DNA from: Verrucomicrobia subdivision 6 bacterium
GTDB lineage: Bacteria; Verrucomicrobiota; Verrucomicrobiia; Methylacidiphilales; Verrucolacustridaceae
NCBI GenBank assembly: GCA_945876115.1
Contig: CAMCNF010000001.1
Coordinates: 1 to 45,398, forward strand
Length of the DNA stretch: 45,398 nt
Direction: 5' to 3'
Shown here piece by piece: positions 1 through 10,203 of this stretch. How positions within the stretch are numbered: position 1 is the stretch's first letter; each line of letters starts with the position of its first letter. The position numbers were made by a program, and so were the translations under genes. A model generated the notes under the pieces. It ran no database searches, was not told where the DNA came from, and saw only the letters and a list, made by a program, of their open reading frames with translations.

Positions 1-29
1 TTGCGGACCGTCCTCATTTTCGTAAACCT
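1..29 (+). promoter_or_regulatory. Putative sigma70-type promoter (near-leaderless) for the esterase-GH pair
   Basis: TTGCGG(1-6)-N17-AAACCT(24-29), 8 nt before ATG 38; no SD visible. Confidence 0.35.
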
Positions 30-37
30 ATTCACTC

Positions 38-991
38 ATGTTTTCTCTACTTACTCTTGCGCTCGCTCTCCCTGTCCTCCTTCTCCACGTATCGTTTCCT
101 CTCCAAGCAGAAGAAAATACCTCCATCTCACCTTTTGCCTCCTCACCTCAAGTCGAGGTTCGGGGCGATATCTCCTTTCTTACATCGGCTCGCACTGAAA
201 AACTCGACTTCTATCTCCCCAAGAGCCGCAAAGCTGGAGAAAAGTCCCCTGCTGTCCTTCTCATTCACGGTGGAGGATGGAAGGAGGGCGATAAACGCCA
301 GGCCCGAGAAATCGAATTCGGTATGACCTTAGCCAAAAATGGCTTTGTCGCCGCCAGCATCAACTACGCTCTCCGCTCCGATGGAAAGTTTCCCCTCAAT
401 CTACAGGACTGCAAAAACGGAGTCCGCTACCTTCGAGCTCACGCGGATGAGCTGGGAATCGATCCCAACCGCATCTCCGTCATGGGCGGTTCCGCCGGAG
501 GACACCTCGCCCTCCTCGTCGCCTATACCGCAGATCAGTCCAATCTAGCTCCTTCCCAGCCCTACCCCGGAGTTTCCGACAAGGTCTCCTCTGTGGTCGA
601 CTTCTACGGCATCAGCAATCTTGCTACCCGAAAGGAAACCGACCCGAACGGCAAGCCACTCAAGATCGAGCCTCTCGACTCCACCACACAATCGATCTTC
701 GGCTCCACCCCGCAGGATTGGAAAAAAGCTTCCCCCGTCACTTACGTCAAACGGGATGTTCCACCCACCCTCATTCTCCATGGCAAAAAGGATACCACGG
801 TAGATTCCGACCAGTCTCAAGAACTAGCCGATACCCTCAAAAAAGCTGGGGCCACCTATGAAATCATTTGGCTACCGAACGCACCCCACTCCTTCTCCTT
901 TCAGTACGCTGTTCCCAAGTCGAAAAAACCGCTAGAGAAGGATATCGGCCCTGCCGTCCTCTCCTTCCTTAAGAAATATCAAAACAAATGA
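38..991 (+). CDS. Secreted alpha/beta hydrolase (BD-FAE/Aes-like carboxylesterase)
   Basis: Signal peptide; HGGGW oxyanion motif, GGSAGG nucleophile elbow, HGKKD Asp and PHSF His. Confidence 0.88.
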   Translation: MFSLLTLALALPVLLLHVSFPLQAEENTSISPFASSPQVEVRGDISFLTSARTEKLDFYLPKSRKAGEKSPAVLLIHGGGWKEGDKRQAREIEFGMTLAKNGFVAASINYALRSDGKFPLNLQDCKNGVRYLRAHADELGIDPNRISVMGGSAGGHLALLVAYTADQSNLAPSQPYPGVSDKVSSVVDFYGISNLATRKETDPNGKPLKIEPLDSTTQSIFGSTPQDWKKASPVTYVKRDVPPTLILHGKKDTTVDSDQSQELADTLKKAGATYEIIWLPNAPHSFSFQYAVPKSKKPLEKDIGPAVLSFLKKYQNK

Positions 992-2964
992 TCCCTCGAT
1001 CTCTTCTTTTTCTCCATCTTCTCGTCTGTCTGGGATACGCCACAGAAGTTCGTGTCACCGATCAGGTGGTGGGCAAAACTCCCGTCATTCTAGGAATCAA
1101 CACTGGAGATATGCCTCAAGGCTCCGCTTTTCCTGAATGGATTCGTGCCCTTGGAGTCAACGGGGCCCGACTCCGACTCAATATTGCCCCTGAGTCAGCG
1201 GAAAATCCAAAGATTGCCTCTGCGGCAGATCTCACCCGTAAGGCCAAAGAACTCCGAAGCCAAGCGGAGAAAAAAACTCCGCTTCTTTGGCAGTACCCCT
1301 CCAAGATGTCGACCGAATCCCTGCACGCTCTGCGAGAAGCCAAGATCGAAATCCTTGCCACCATCACCTGCCCGTACGCTTTCAAACTTTTGCAGTCGGA
1401 CGGAAAGACCAACTGGTCGAATGCGTGGAGTTTTTGGGAGGCCTACTACGCTGAGGCATATCAACTGGCCAGCCAACACCAGGTTCAACGCTACCAAATT
1501 TTCAATGAGCCCAATCACAAGGAAAGCGCCAAGTTAACCCAAGAAGAGTACTCAGCACGAATGGCCATCGGCACCGACGCCATCCAAGCCGCCCTCTCTG
1601 ACGCTGCCCAGACCACAAAAACAGCTCTTACTCCCCTAATCTCGGCACCATGTACTGCGGGCATTAGTAACTTCAAGAAAAGTGGAAAACCTGAGGAGCG
1701 AGATTCCACGATCGGCTGGGGAGAACTCTCGATGCGGGATCGGCACCACCGTATCGACGGCAAAGAAGATCCTGCCTACGACCAGTTCCAGCAGTACGCC
1801 GTCCAACACTACAGTACGAATCCCGACTTCACTTTGGAGAAACTTAAGGAACTCGCCAAAGAGATTCGTGGTACAAATCGCAACACCGATCTCCCCATGA
1901 TCATGTCCGAATACAACATTCATACCGCACGCGACTTTGCTAAAAAGGAGACAACCATGGATTCGGCGGAGGAGTTCTCCGATGTAGGATCCATGGCTGT
2001 TGCCATAGCCGAGTCTGGATTACAGGAGCTGTATTTCTTTCGCCTCACTCTTAGCCAGAACCTTGATGACGGGCAGGTAAAGAAGAACGGGGTCCACTAC
2101 GTAAACGAAGACCGGCTCGTACCAGAAATCACCGGCACCACTCGAGCTGCCGAGGTCATACGTCTTGCCTGCTTGACTCTTCTTGGAGGACGGGAGCGGT
2201 TAGCGACTAAAGCTACCGACCAGATTCGTGCTACCGCCACTCGCCAAAAAGATGAGGTCCGGGTGCTTCTTGCCCGTACGAACGAAACCTCCCAACCTCA
2301 AGTCCAGATTTTTCTCCCCACAGCCGTTTCAGGTTCTTTGGTGACATGGGAAACTGTCACCAAGGATACTTTTGGAAATAGTCAGATTCTAAGCCCCAAC
2401 TCCTCTGGCAGAGGATGGCAGGTGGATCTTCCCTCCCTCTCGGTCGGTCTTCTCACCCTGCGATCATTTTCAGGCGTCAAACCAGAGACGCTCCCCCCAG
2501 CATCCGCTACTTCTACCTCGGGCTCGGTTCTTCAATCAGGTGGGACCGATCTTGCTCAGACCCTTTTCACCTTTGAGTCCACTCAGTCAAAAAAGCCTGC
2601 TACCCGCTTTCTCCATCTGAAGGGCAACTACTCTGGCGTCCAACCCGTTGCCCTGCATCTTTACGCTCTACGCAAACCAGCAACCTCTGGTGATAGCTTT
2701 TCGTTCCGCAAGAAAGAGATGCCGAAAGCGGATGCCTCAAGCTTGACCGTATCAGGCTTGGGCACCAATCTGGATTGGATGGGCGGATTCACCTATTCGC
2801 CAAAACAAGCGGAAGCCTGGATCGACATCACCTCTGCATTCGAGCGTCGAACAGACGGTGCACTGCAAGTAGTGGTCGCAAGAGACATCCGAAACAAAGG
2901 AGATCAGATTTCTCCTGAGGCGGTCGAATGGAGCTCGGCGGAAATCGTGTCTTACCCGCGATAA
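988..2964 (+). CDS. Secreted putative clan GH-A glycoside hydrolase with C-terminal beta domains
   Basis: Signal peptide; QIFNEPNH (NEP acid/base) and IMSEYN (nucleophile-like); ATGA overlap with upstream esterase. Confidence 0.6.
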   Translation: MIPRSLLFLHLLVCLGYATEVRVTDQVVGKTPVILGINTGDMPQGSAFPEWIRALGVNGARLRLNIAPESAENPKIASAADLTRKAKELRSQAEKKTPLLWQYPSKMSTESLHALREAKIEILATITCPYAFKLLQSDGKTNWSNAWSFWEAYYAEAYQLASQHQVQRYQIFNEPNHKESAKLTQEEYSARMAIGTDAIQAALSDAAQTTKTALTPLISAPCTAGISNFKKSGKPEERDSTIGWGELSMRDRHHRIDGKEDPAYDQFQQYAVQHYSTNPDFTLEKLKELAKEIRGTNRNTDLPMIMSEYNIHTARDFAKKETTMDSAEEFSDVGSMAVAIAESGLQELYFFRLTLSQNLDDGQVKKNGVHYVNEDRLVPEITGTTRAAEVIRLACLTLLGGRERLATKATDQIRATATRQKDEVRVLLARTNETSQPQVQIFLPTAVSGSLVTWETVTKDTFGNSQILSPNSSGRGWQVDLPSLSVGLLTLRSFSGVKPETLPPASATSTSGSVLQSGGTDLAQTLFTFESTQSKKPATRFLHLKGNYSGVQPVALHLYALRKPATSGDSFSFRKKEMPKADASSLTVSGLGTNLDWMGGFTYSPKQAEAWIDITSAFERRTDGALQVVVARDIRNKGDQISPEAVEWSSAEIVSYPR

Positions 2965-2982
2965 TATCCCCAACGGGATCGA

Positions 2983-3360
2983 CTACTCTTCTGTTTTAGC
3001 TGGGGCTTCCGCAGTCCCTGCAGCTTTGGTCACATCAATTGTGGCCGCAGTTGCGAAATCAGTAGCTTTAGGGGTGACGGCAGCATTCCATTTCGTCTTT
3101 ATATCGGTTGCTGTTTTGGGTTCACCATTCACTTTAATTTTCGTCTCGGCATCGATCAGGAAAGCGGTCGATGCTTCTGCCCCTTTGACTTTCACCGTGA
3201 TCTTTTTATCAGAAATATAACCAATCTTCCCTGTAACCGTCTCTGCCGCTGAGTTCGTCACTGCTGGCTTTTTTACCTTGGCAGGTGCGGGAGCCTCTTG
3301 GGCAAAGCCGAGAAATGTTCCAAGGATGGTGAGGAGTAGGAGGGTAGTTAGTTTTTTCAT
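2983..3360 (-). CDS. Small secreted hypothetical protein, beta-rich (OB-fold/DUF5666-like pattern)
   Basis: Start reassigned to MKKLTT (3360), signal peptide; TVTGKIGYISDKKITVK...FLIDAETKIKVNG pattern. Confidence 0.6.
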   Translation of the reverse strand: MKKLTTLLLLTILGTFLGFAQEAPAPAKVKKPAVTNSAAETVTGKIGYISDKKITVKVKGAEASTAFLIDAETKIKVNGEPKTATDIKTKWNAAVTPKATDFATAATIDVTKAAGTAEAPAKTEE

Positions 3361-3423
3361 AGGGCCTGCCTTTCTGGTTACGTTGCAAATCATTCCAGAT
3401 CGATTCGTAGATACAATATCATT

Positions 3424-4719
3424 TTATGCGGTTTTGATGCGTACAGGTTCCAACCTCGGATTCAGGATCTGGAGAATGAGAAGGGAAACTAAGTAGGCAC
3501 CCGCACAAAAGGCGAAAAGGATCCCATACCCTGCTGCAACATTTCCAGAGGCCTTGTAAGAGTCGAGCAGGATACCCGTGACGATTGGAAAGAGCATTCC
3601 TCCGATGGCTCCCGCCATTCCCCCAATCCCAATGACCGAAGCCACCGCCTGTTTAGGAAAGGAGTCGGAGACGGTCGTAAACAAATTCGCCGAAAAGGCT
3701 TGGTGCGCAGCTCCTGCCAGCCCGATCAAAAGGACAGCTCCCCAATCCGAAGCTCCTGTCACCGCTAAAATCGGAACGACACAAAGAGCAAAGAGAAGCA
3801 TTCCCCCTTTCCTTGCACGATTCATCGACCAACCCATTTTCGCCAAATGACCCGTCACCCACCCCCCCGCAATACTCAGAACGGTCACAATCGAGTAGAT
3901 GGTGACAAGGAGTACCCAGCTTTTTTTAATATCGAGCCCTCGGGTCTGCTTAAAGAAGTCAGGCAACCAGATGAGGAAAAACCACCAGACAGGGTCGGTA
4001 ATCAGCTTGGGAATAATGAAAGCCCACGTCTGCCGATACCCCAAGAGCTTACCCCATGGTATTTTCTGACTGCTTTCGGGAACTCCCGCCACTTCATCAC
4101 TGCGAATCAAAGATAACTCTTGGGAAGTGAGCCCCTTCATTTTTTCGGGAAGCTGAAACCAGGGGATCCAGAAAAACAGCCAGACGAAACCAGCCAGACC
4201 TGCCGCAATAAAGGGGGATTGCCATCCCCATGTGAAAGCCATCCAAGGAACAATTGCGGGAGCGATAATTGCGCCGACATTTGTTCCTGCGTTAAAGATA
4301 CTTGTGGCAAGTGCCCTCTCCTTCTTTGGAAACCAGAGGGCAACGGTTTTAATCGCTGCAGGAAAGTTTCCGCCCTCCCCTAGGCCGAGGGCTACTCGGG
4401 CCCAGATAAAACCACCAACACTACCTACCAAGGCGTGTCCCATCGCCGCCACACTCCAGGCTGCAATCGATACGGTGTAACCGATCTTTGTGCCAAAGCG
4501 ATCGATGAACCAACCGAACCCAAGAAGACTTAGCCCGTAGGCCCCTTGAAAGGCTGAGTTGACCAAGCCAAACTCCGCATTCGTCCAGTGAAGTTGCTCG
4601 TCCAGAATCGGCTTGAGAAGGGAGAGAATCTGACGATCGATATAGTTGATCGTCGTGGCAAAGAAAAGAAGAGCACATACGGTCCAGCGATTTCCAATCA
4701 TTCTCGCAATAGCATTCAT
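3424..4719 (-). CDS. exuT: MFS transporter, ExuT/ACS (hexuronate) family
   Basis: RWTVCALLFFATTINYIDRQ, GEGGNFPAAIK, TDPVWWFFLIWLP motifs; start MNAIAR overlaps upstream stop (ATGA); substrate inferred. Confidence 0.8.
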   Translation of the reverse strand: MNAIARMIGNRWTVCALLFFATTINYIDRQILSLLKPILDEQLHWTNAEFGLVNSAFQGAYGLSLLGFGWFIDRFGTKIGYTVSIAAWSVAAMGHALVGSVGGFIWARVALGLGEGGNFPAAIKTVALWFPKKERALATSIFNAGTNVGAIIAPAIVPWMAFTWGWQSPFIAAGLAGFVWLFFWIPWFQLPEKMKGLTSQELSLIRSDEVAGVPESSQKIPWGKLLGYRQTWAFIIPKLITDPVWWFFLIWLPDFFKQTRGLDIKKSWVLLVTIYSIVTVLSIAGGWVTGHLAKMGWSMNRARKGGMLLFALCVVPILAVTGASDWGAVLLIGLAGAAHQAFSANLFTTVSDSFPKQAVASVIGIGGMAGAIGGMLFPIVTGILLDSYKASGNVAAGYGILFAFCAGAYLVSLLILQILNPRLEPVRIKTA

Positions 4720-5414
4720 GGATTCATCTCTTTCTTTCTCCAATATTTCTCCATGGCAGGTTTCAATAGCGTGGCCATTTGCTGGTACCCCTCCACGTTT
4801 AAATGAAGTCCATCCGCCAGATAAAGATCATCCCTGGATTCTCCCTTCGCGTTCTCCAAGGCAGGGTTCACATCCACATAAAAGACCCCCTCTCTTTTTT
4901 TGCTTAACTCTTGATACCCTCGATTCACCGCATCAACCCCTTCCATCTGCCCATCCTTTCGCTTTTGAGGGGATCGATGAGTTGAAACAAGCAACACTTG
5001 GATTGATGGATCGAACTTCTTTACCTTGTCCAACCACTCCTCCGTTCTTTCCAGTACCGACGCAGGGTCTTTCTTTCCTTTGATGTCGTTACTCCCGCAG
5101 TACCAGACGATCAGTTGCGGACGGCATGGCGGAACCACCTGTTCAAAGAACATCAGCTGATGCGAGGTCTGGGAGCCTCCAAAGGCTCGATTCGTCACAG
5201 GCAAGGGAGCAAGATCACTCACTGCATTAGTCCACCTTTTGAAAATGCTACTTCCGACCAGCAGAACACCCCCCGGTGCATGAGATGGCAAGTTGGCAAA
5301 TCGACCCACCTCATTAGCAAACTTGTTCGTCGTAGCGGTGGGAGTAACCACCTCGGCACCCCAACACTGGATGCAGACAAAGAAGATTAGAAATATTGAG
5401 AAACGAACGTTCAT
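4716..5414 (-). CDS. Secreted SGNH/GDSL-family esterase
   Basis: Blocks VGSSIF, NRAFGGS, YCGSND, DGLHLN; signal peptide. Confidence 0.85.
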   Translation of the reverse strand: MNVRFSIFLIFFVCIQCWGAEVVTPTATTNKFANEVGRFANLPSHAPGGVLLVGSSIFKRWTNAVSDLAPLPVTNRAFGGSQTSHQLMFFEQVVPPCRPQLIVWYCGSNDIKGKKDPASVLERTEEWLDKVKKFDPSIQVLLVSTHRSPQKRKDGQMEGVDAVNRGYQELSKKREGVFYVDVNPALENAKGESRDDLYLADGLHLNVEGYQQMATLLKPAMEKYWRKKEMNP

Positions 5415-5420
5415 GGAACT

Positions 5421-6512
5421 CTATTTTGTCTTTGGTTTTAGAGTTTGATCTAACCAGCCAAAGATCAAATCGGTAATATCCAAGATAACCGGCTTATCTG
5501 GACTCATTCGAACATGGAAGTCGAAAGTGTGGGGTGCGTTCGGGATCAGAATCAGGGCATTGCGATCTTGCGAAAGTCTAGTTTCCAAAGCATCGGTCTC
5601 CGCCTGATTCGCAATCGTGTACTCAGGACAGGAGAGACCTGCCTCAATTAACTTGGCTCGTAGAAGTTGGCTTTGATTGGGTAGCACCGTGCTATCTCCT
5701 GTGCCATGAACCATGAGTAGAGGAACTACGTTCGTTCGAATGTAGCTGGTGGGAGAACCCCGCCGGTAAAGATCTGGAGCTTCAGCCTTCGTCTTATTGA
5801 ACATCGCCATCTCAGGTTTGTTCGTATCAGGTCGCGCACGATCACTCTTGTAGGCCATCAGATCAACCGCCCCATAGAAGTCCACCCCACAAGCGATCTT
5901 GCTGGAGATGTTCGTTCGGGAACCCTCCCCTTCAAACCCATCCCCTGGACCCGTCGTGGCCAACATGAATGCAAGATTCCCGCCAGCCGATCCACCCAGT
6001 GCCCCAATTCTATCGGGATCGATATGATACTTTTCCGCATTCATTTTTAGCCAGCGAACCGCCTCTTTGACGTCGTAGATGCACTGGGGCCAAGTCACCT
6101 GCCCCTTAGTTTTGCGTAGCTTATAATTAATACTCATCGCCAAGTAGCCACGCTTGGCTGCGTTCGTGCCGAAATTGATTTCACGGTAACGACGCTTATC
6201 CCCATCATTAAATCCACCCCCATGAATCAAAATTAATGCGGGTGCCTTCTGCCCTGGCGTAAGATTCATTGGGAGATAAAGATCCGCCTTCTCTTTTCGG
6301 TCCCCCTCCAAGTAGCTCACATCCAGCTCATGAGGAATATCCGCAGGAATTTCCAGTGGCGGCTTAAGTGTCTTTGGCTTCTTCAGCTCCTCTTTTCCCG
6401 CTGGAGCGGGTGCGTCTTCACTCATTTCGTCGTCAGACTGCTCCGTGGGAGCCGAAAACAAGGGCACAGACAAAAAGAGGACCAAGAAAAATGGTAGGAA
6501 GAAATTTGCCAT
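5421..6512 (-). CDS. Secreted alpha/beta hydrolase (BD-FAE/Aes-like), paralog of 38..991
   Basis: HGGGF, GGSAGG, HGTGD, PHTF; shares GDKR..REIxFG and VDFYG with the first esterase. Confidence 0.88.
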   Translation of the reverse strand: MANFFLPFFLVLFLSVPLFSAPTEQSDDEMSEDAPAPAGKEELKKPKTLKPPLEIPADIPHELDVSYLEGDRKEKADLYLPMNLTPGQKAPALILIHGGGFNDGDKRRYREINFGTNAAKRGYLAMSINYKLRKTKGQVTWPQCIYDVKEAVRWLKMNAEKYHIDPDRIGALGGSAGGNLAFMLATTGPGDGFEGEGSRTNISSKIACGVDFYGAVDLMAYKSDRARPDTNKPEMAMFNKTKAEAPDLYRRGSPTSYIRTNVVPLLMVHGTGDSTVLPNQSQLLRAKLIEAGLSCPEYTIANQAETDALETRLSQDRNALILIPNAPHTFDFHVRMSPDKPVILDITDLIFGWLDQTLKPKTK

Positions 6513-8953
6513 TATGGGCCAACCTGAAATTGGGCCAACTGACGAATATCGGTCGAGGATGATCCTAACTCCACCACAAACTCACCTGGCTCAACTGTTC
6601 TCAGATTATTTATGTCGATTAGCTCCATATCCTGACGCCCCAAGGAAAAGGTCAGCGTCTTTTTCTCCCCAGGCTTGAGTCTCACTCTTTCAAATCCGCG
6701 GAGGACTTTTTCATACGGGATCACAGAGGCGAGAACATCTTTGAGGTAAAGTTGCACCACCTCGTCCCCCTCCCGCTTGCCACTGTTTTTTACCTCAATC
6801 GAGACTACAACCTCTTGTCCCGCCTGAATCTTTGTTGGCTTCAACCTAACTCCACTGTAGGTGAACTGCGTGTAACTTAGCCCATAACCAAACGGGTAGA
6901 GAGCTCCTTCAATCAGACAGTCACCCGCTCCATTCGGATCATCTTTTTTACCCATTCCCGCCTGACTTTTCGGCTTCGCTGGGAAGTTAAACTCGATTTG
7001 TCCGACGGAGCGGGGAAAGGTAACTGGCAACTTTCCTCCTGGATTCACATCCCCAAAAAGCGCTTCGGCCACAGCCATTCCACCATACTCTCCTGGGTAC
7101 CAAGCCTCGAGAATGGCCGAGGCCTTCTCCTCCAAAAGATTCACCGAAAGAGAACGTCCGTTCAAAAGCACTGCCACGACAGGCTTTCCTGTTTTAACCA
7201 GTACCCGCACCAATTCGTTCTGATGGCCGGGCAGATCTAGAGACGTTCGGGTTTTACTTTCCCCAGCCATCGCCCTCGACTCTCCTAGAACCACGATAAC
7301 AACTTCTGCACTTTGAGCCGCTTTTATAGCCTCATCGAGAAGAGCTTGAGCCGAGGAGCTCGGTGGTTCGGGCAATATTTCAGAAAGTGGCCACCTCTCA
7401 TCCTGGTACTCGCAACCCAACCGATAGACAACCTCCGCCTCTGGGAGGATTTTCTTCACTCCAGACAAAACAGAGATGACCTCACCCCCGAAAGATCCAT
7501 ACCGACCGACTGAGGTGTCATACTCATCTGCCGCAGGACCACAGACCAGAATTCGTTTCACGCTTTTCGCCAATGGCAAAGTATCCTTGCTGTTTTTCAG
7601 CAAAACCAGCGACTGCCTCGCCGCCTCTTTGGCTACCTCGGCGTGGGCCTTGCAGTGGACTACCGCATCCGATTGAGCTGGATCGGTAACCGGCGGTCGA
7701 TCGAACAAGCCCAACTCAAACTTCACCCGGAGCACATCCCTTACCCGATCATTCAGCACCGTTTCAGAAAGCTTCCCCTCTTTCACCAGCTCACGAACAG
7801 GTAGAATAAATTTACTTGGAGAATTAAACTCAGTGCGAACATTTCCACCTGCTTCCAGATATTGGCGACAAGCTTCCTTATAATCGGCCGCTACATGATG
7901 TTTGCTCGCAAGATATTCTACCGCATCGCTATCCGAGACTACATATCCGCGGAATCCAAACCGCTGCCGGAGAATTGTCGTTAGAAACTCCTTACTCCCC
8001 GAGATGGGAACACCGTCGTAGTCGTTGTACGAACTCATCACCCCCTGCATTCCCGAAGTACGAATCACCCTTTCCCAAGGCCAGAGATAAAGAGTCTCCA
8101 TCTCACGCGGAGCCACATGGGGGTCCGTTCGCGCTTCTCCATCTCTTCCGCCTTTTGGAATCGAGTACACCGCAAAATGTTTTCCCGTCGAGGCCACTCC
8201 CGCAGCTCGCAAGGCCTGCGCTTGGACTAATCCTAACTCCGAAACAAGATACGGATCCTCGCTATAACACTCCGCTACTCGCCCCCAACGCGGATCCCTT
8301 GCAAGATCCAGCACAGGAGAATAAACGTGAGTGTACCCCAACGCCCTTGCCTCTTTTCCAGTTACTTCGCCAACCTTTTTGACTAGTTCCCGATTCCAAC
8401 TTGCCCCCACTCCCTGCTGAGAAGGAAATGCCGTAGAACGATAATGGGCCAGCCCGCGGATCCCCTCGTTAGTAAAATCTGCAGGAATTCCCAAACGCGT
8501 CTGCGTCTTGAACCAATCTTGGATCTCATTCAACGCCTTGGCATGGCTCGAGGGTGGCCAGACCAGCGGGTTCATCTTTTCTACTTCGGTTCGGTAATTT
8601 CTCTTCGAGGCAGGTCCGAGCTCAGGCACCCCATTTAACTGCTCATCAATATTCGCAATTCCATCCTTCCAAATCTCCTGCTTCCAACTTGGGGTAGGCA
8701 ACCAGTCCTTAAGAACGCGGCCGGTTCCGTAAAGCGTTGCCAGCTGACAAGTTTTCTCCTCTAAGGTCATCTGCCCAAGGAGATCCTCTACCCTATCTTC
8801 CACCGGTCGGGCCGAATCCTCGTACGGATCCACTTTCCCATTTCGATTTAGATCTGCCCCTTCCGCACGGAAAAGACACCCAACGCACAGAACACTGAGC
8901 CAGAAGAAGCCTTTCTTAAAAAATAACTTCGCCGCTTTCATGATGCTCTTCAC
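6512..8953 (-). CDS. Glycoside hydrolase family 3 (beta-xylosidase/beta-glucosidase) with Fn3-like C-terminus
   Basis: MTLEEK, RDPRWGRVAE, KHFAVY, GYVVSD (nucleophile D), YPFGYGLSYT, EVVQLY; start GTG 8953 or a nearby ATG. Confidence 0.95.
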   Translation of the reverse strand: MKSIMKAAKLFFKKGFFWLSVLCVGCLFRAEGADLNRNGKVDPYEDSARPVEDRVEDLLGQMTLEEKTCQLATLYGTGRVLKDWLPTPSWKQEIWKDGIANIDEQLNGVPELGPASKRNYRTEVEKMNPLVWPPSSHAKALNEIQDWFKTQTRLGIPADFTNEGIRGLAHYRSTAFPSQQGVGASWNRELVKKVGEVTGKEARALGYTHVYSPVLDLARDPRWGRVAECYSEDPYLVSELGLVQAQALRAAGVASTGKHFAVYSIPKGGRDGEARTDPHVAPREMETLYLWPWERVIRTSGMQGVMSSYNDYDGVPISGSKEFLTTILRQRFGFRGYVVSDSDAVEYLASKHHVAADYKEACRQYLEAGGNVRTEFNSPSKFILPVRELVKEGKLSETVLNDRVRDVLRVKFELGLFDRPPVTDPAQSDAVVHCKAHAEVAKEAARQSLVLLKNSKDTLPLAKSVKRILVCGPAADEYDTSVGRYGSFGGEVISVLSGVKKILPEAEVVYRLGCEYQDERWPLSEILPEPPSSSAQALLDEAIKAAQSAEVVIVVLGESRAMAGESKTRTSLDLPGHQNELVRVLVKTGKPVVAVLLNGRSLSVNLLEEKASAILEAWYPGEYGGMAVAEALFGDVNPGGKLPVTFPRSVGQIEFNFPAKPKSQAGMGKKDDPNGAGDCLIEGALYPFGYGLSYTQFTYSGVRLKPTKIQAGQEVVVSIEVKNSGKREGDEVVQLYLKDVLASVIPYEKVLRGFERVRLKPGEKKTLTFSLGRQDMELIDINNLRTVEPGEFVVELGSSSTDIRQLAQFQVGP

Positions 8954-9092
8954 TCAAGGCCGCAAAAACCTTGATGCCAGAACAACTTCCTCAATATCTC
9001 ACACACTTGTGCATCAAACTATGACCATGCCCTCCTAAAAGAAATCCCTGAATTTCTCTTTGCTCAAGCCCACTCTAGGGTAGAAAGATCTG

Positions 9093-9461
9093 ATGGCACC
9101 TATCACATTACTTTTTGCACTCGCATACGTCCTCTTGGGATTAGGCGGGTTTATTCTTACAGGCTCAACTCATAAAACCGCACTCATTCCCTGCGCTTTC
9201 GGTGTTCTCTTCGTTCTTTTTGGACTTCTCGCATTCAAGGAGAAACTCCGAAAACACGTGATGCATGCCGCGGTACTCATCGCCCTTCTCGCATTTCTTG
9301 GGACGGCTCGCGCGCTCACCCATCTACCCGAACTATTCAACGGTACTGCCGAAAAACCAGCCTCCATCATCACCCAATCGCTCAACGCAGGCTTCTCTAT
9401 CCTCTACATTATTTTAGCCGTCCGCTCCTTTATCCAAGCTCGCCGCGCCCGCCTCTCCTAA
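9093..9461 (+). CDS. Small integral membrane protein (TMEM14-like)
   Basis: Four hydrophobic segments; LGLGGFILTGS..TALIP motif; 3' end overlaps convergent panB by 32 nt. Confidence 0.65.
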   Translation: MAPITLLFALAYVLLGLGGFILTGSTHKTALIPCAFGVLFVLFGLLAFKEKLRKHVMHAAVLIALLAFLGTARALTHLPELFNGTAEKPASIITQSLNAGFSILYIILAVRSFIQARRARLS

Positions 9462-10203
9462 TCCCCTTCACCATTTCGGTAATCTGGCGGGCAAACCCCA
9501 GATCTTCTTTAACAAACCCTGGGCGATTCCAAGGAGTCAGTCCCAAAAGATCATAGCTCACTCGAATCTGCCCCGTCGTCCCTTTCCCTGCTCCAATTCC
9601 GATCGTGGGAATTTGTAAGGCAGCGGTCACCTCTGCCGCCGCTTCTGCAGTAACCAGCTCCAAAACGATCGCACAAGCTCCTGCCCTTTCCATCGCCTGA
9701 GCATCCGCCTTCATCCGCTGCACTTCCTCTACCGTTTTTCCCTTCCGCTTGTATCCACCCTCCTCCAGCACCTTTTGCGGCAACATTCCCAAATGTCCAA
9801 TCCACGGAATCTTGGCCTGCTGAAGCGCTTTCCACTGGGGCTGACTCTCCTTTCCTCCCTCGGGCTTCACCGCATCTGCACCAGCCCGTAAAAGGAGCTT
9901 GGAATTTTCGACACAAGCTTCCGCACTCTCATAAGATCCAATGGGTAAATCGGCCGAGATCATCGCCCTCGTTCTACCCCGCGCCACCGCTTCCGTCGCC
10001 CGCACCATATCCGCCATCGTCACCCCCGTGGTATCGGCCATACCCAGCACCACCATGCCCAAGCTGTCCCCTACATGAATCAGATCAACCCCCGCTTCAT
10101 CTAAAACTCGGGCCAACGGATAATCATAAGCCGTCAGCGCTAAAAGAGATTTTCCCTTAGGCCAGTCTCGTAGCTGCTCAGGAGTTAATCGACCTGTCGA
10201 CAT
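9430..10203 (-). CDS. panB: 3-methyl-2-oxobutanoate hydroxymethyltransferase
   Basis: LTAYDY, VGDSLGMVVLG, GHLGMLPQ, IPTIGIGAG; start MSTGRL coupled to folK stop (TGATG). Confidence 0.95.
   Translation of the reverse strand: MSTGRLTPEQLRDWPKGKSLLALTAYDYPLARVLDEAGVDLIHVGDSLGMVVLGMADTTGVTMADMVRATEAVARGRTRAMISADLPIGSYESAEACVENSKLLLRAGADAVKPEGGKESQPQWKALQQAKIPWIGHLGMLPQKVLEEGGYKRKGKTVEEVQRMKADAQAMERAGACAIVLELVTAEAAAEVTAALQIPTIGIGAGKGTTGQIRVSYDLLGLTPWNRPGFVKEDLGFARQITEMVKGIRRGGRGELG

Noticed and set aside
8954-8980. Sigma54-like TGGCA...TTGC and TCAAGG/CCTTGA inverted repeat upstream of GH3
   Set aside because: GG-to-GC spacing is 13 nt rather than 10; a 6-bp repeat alone is too weak to call an operator
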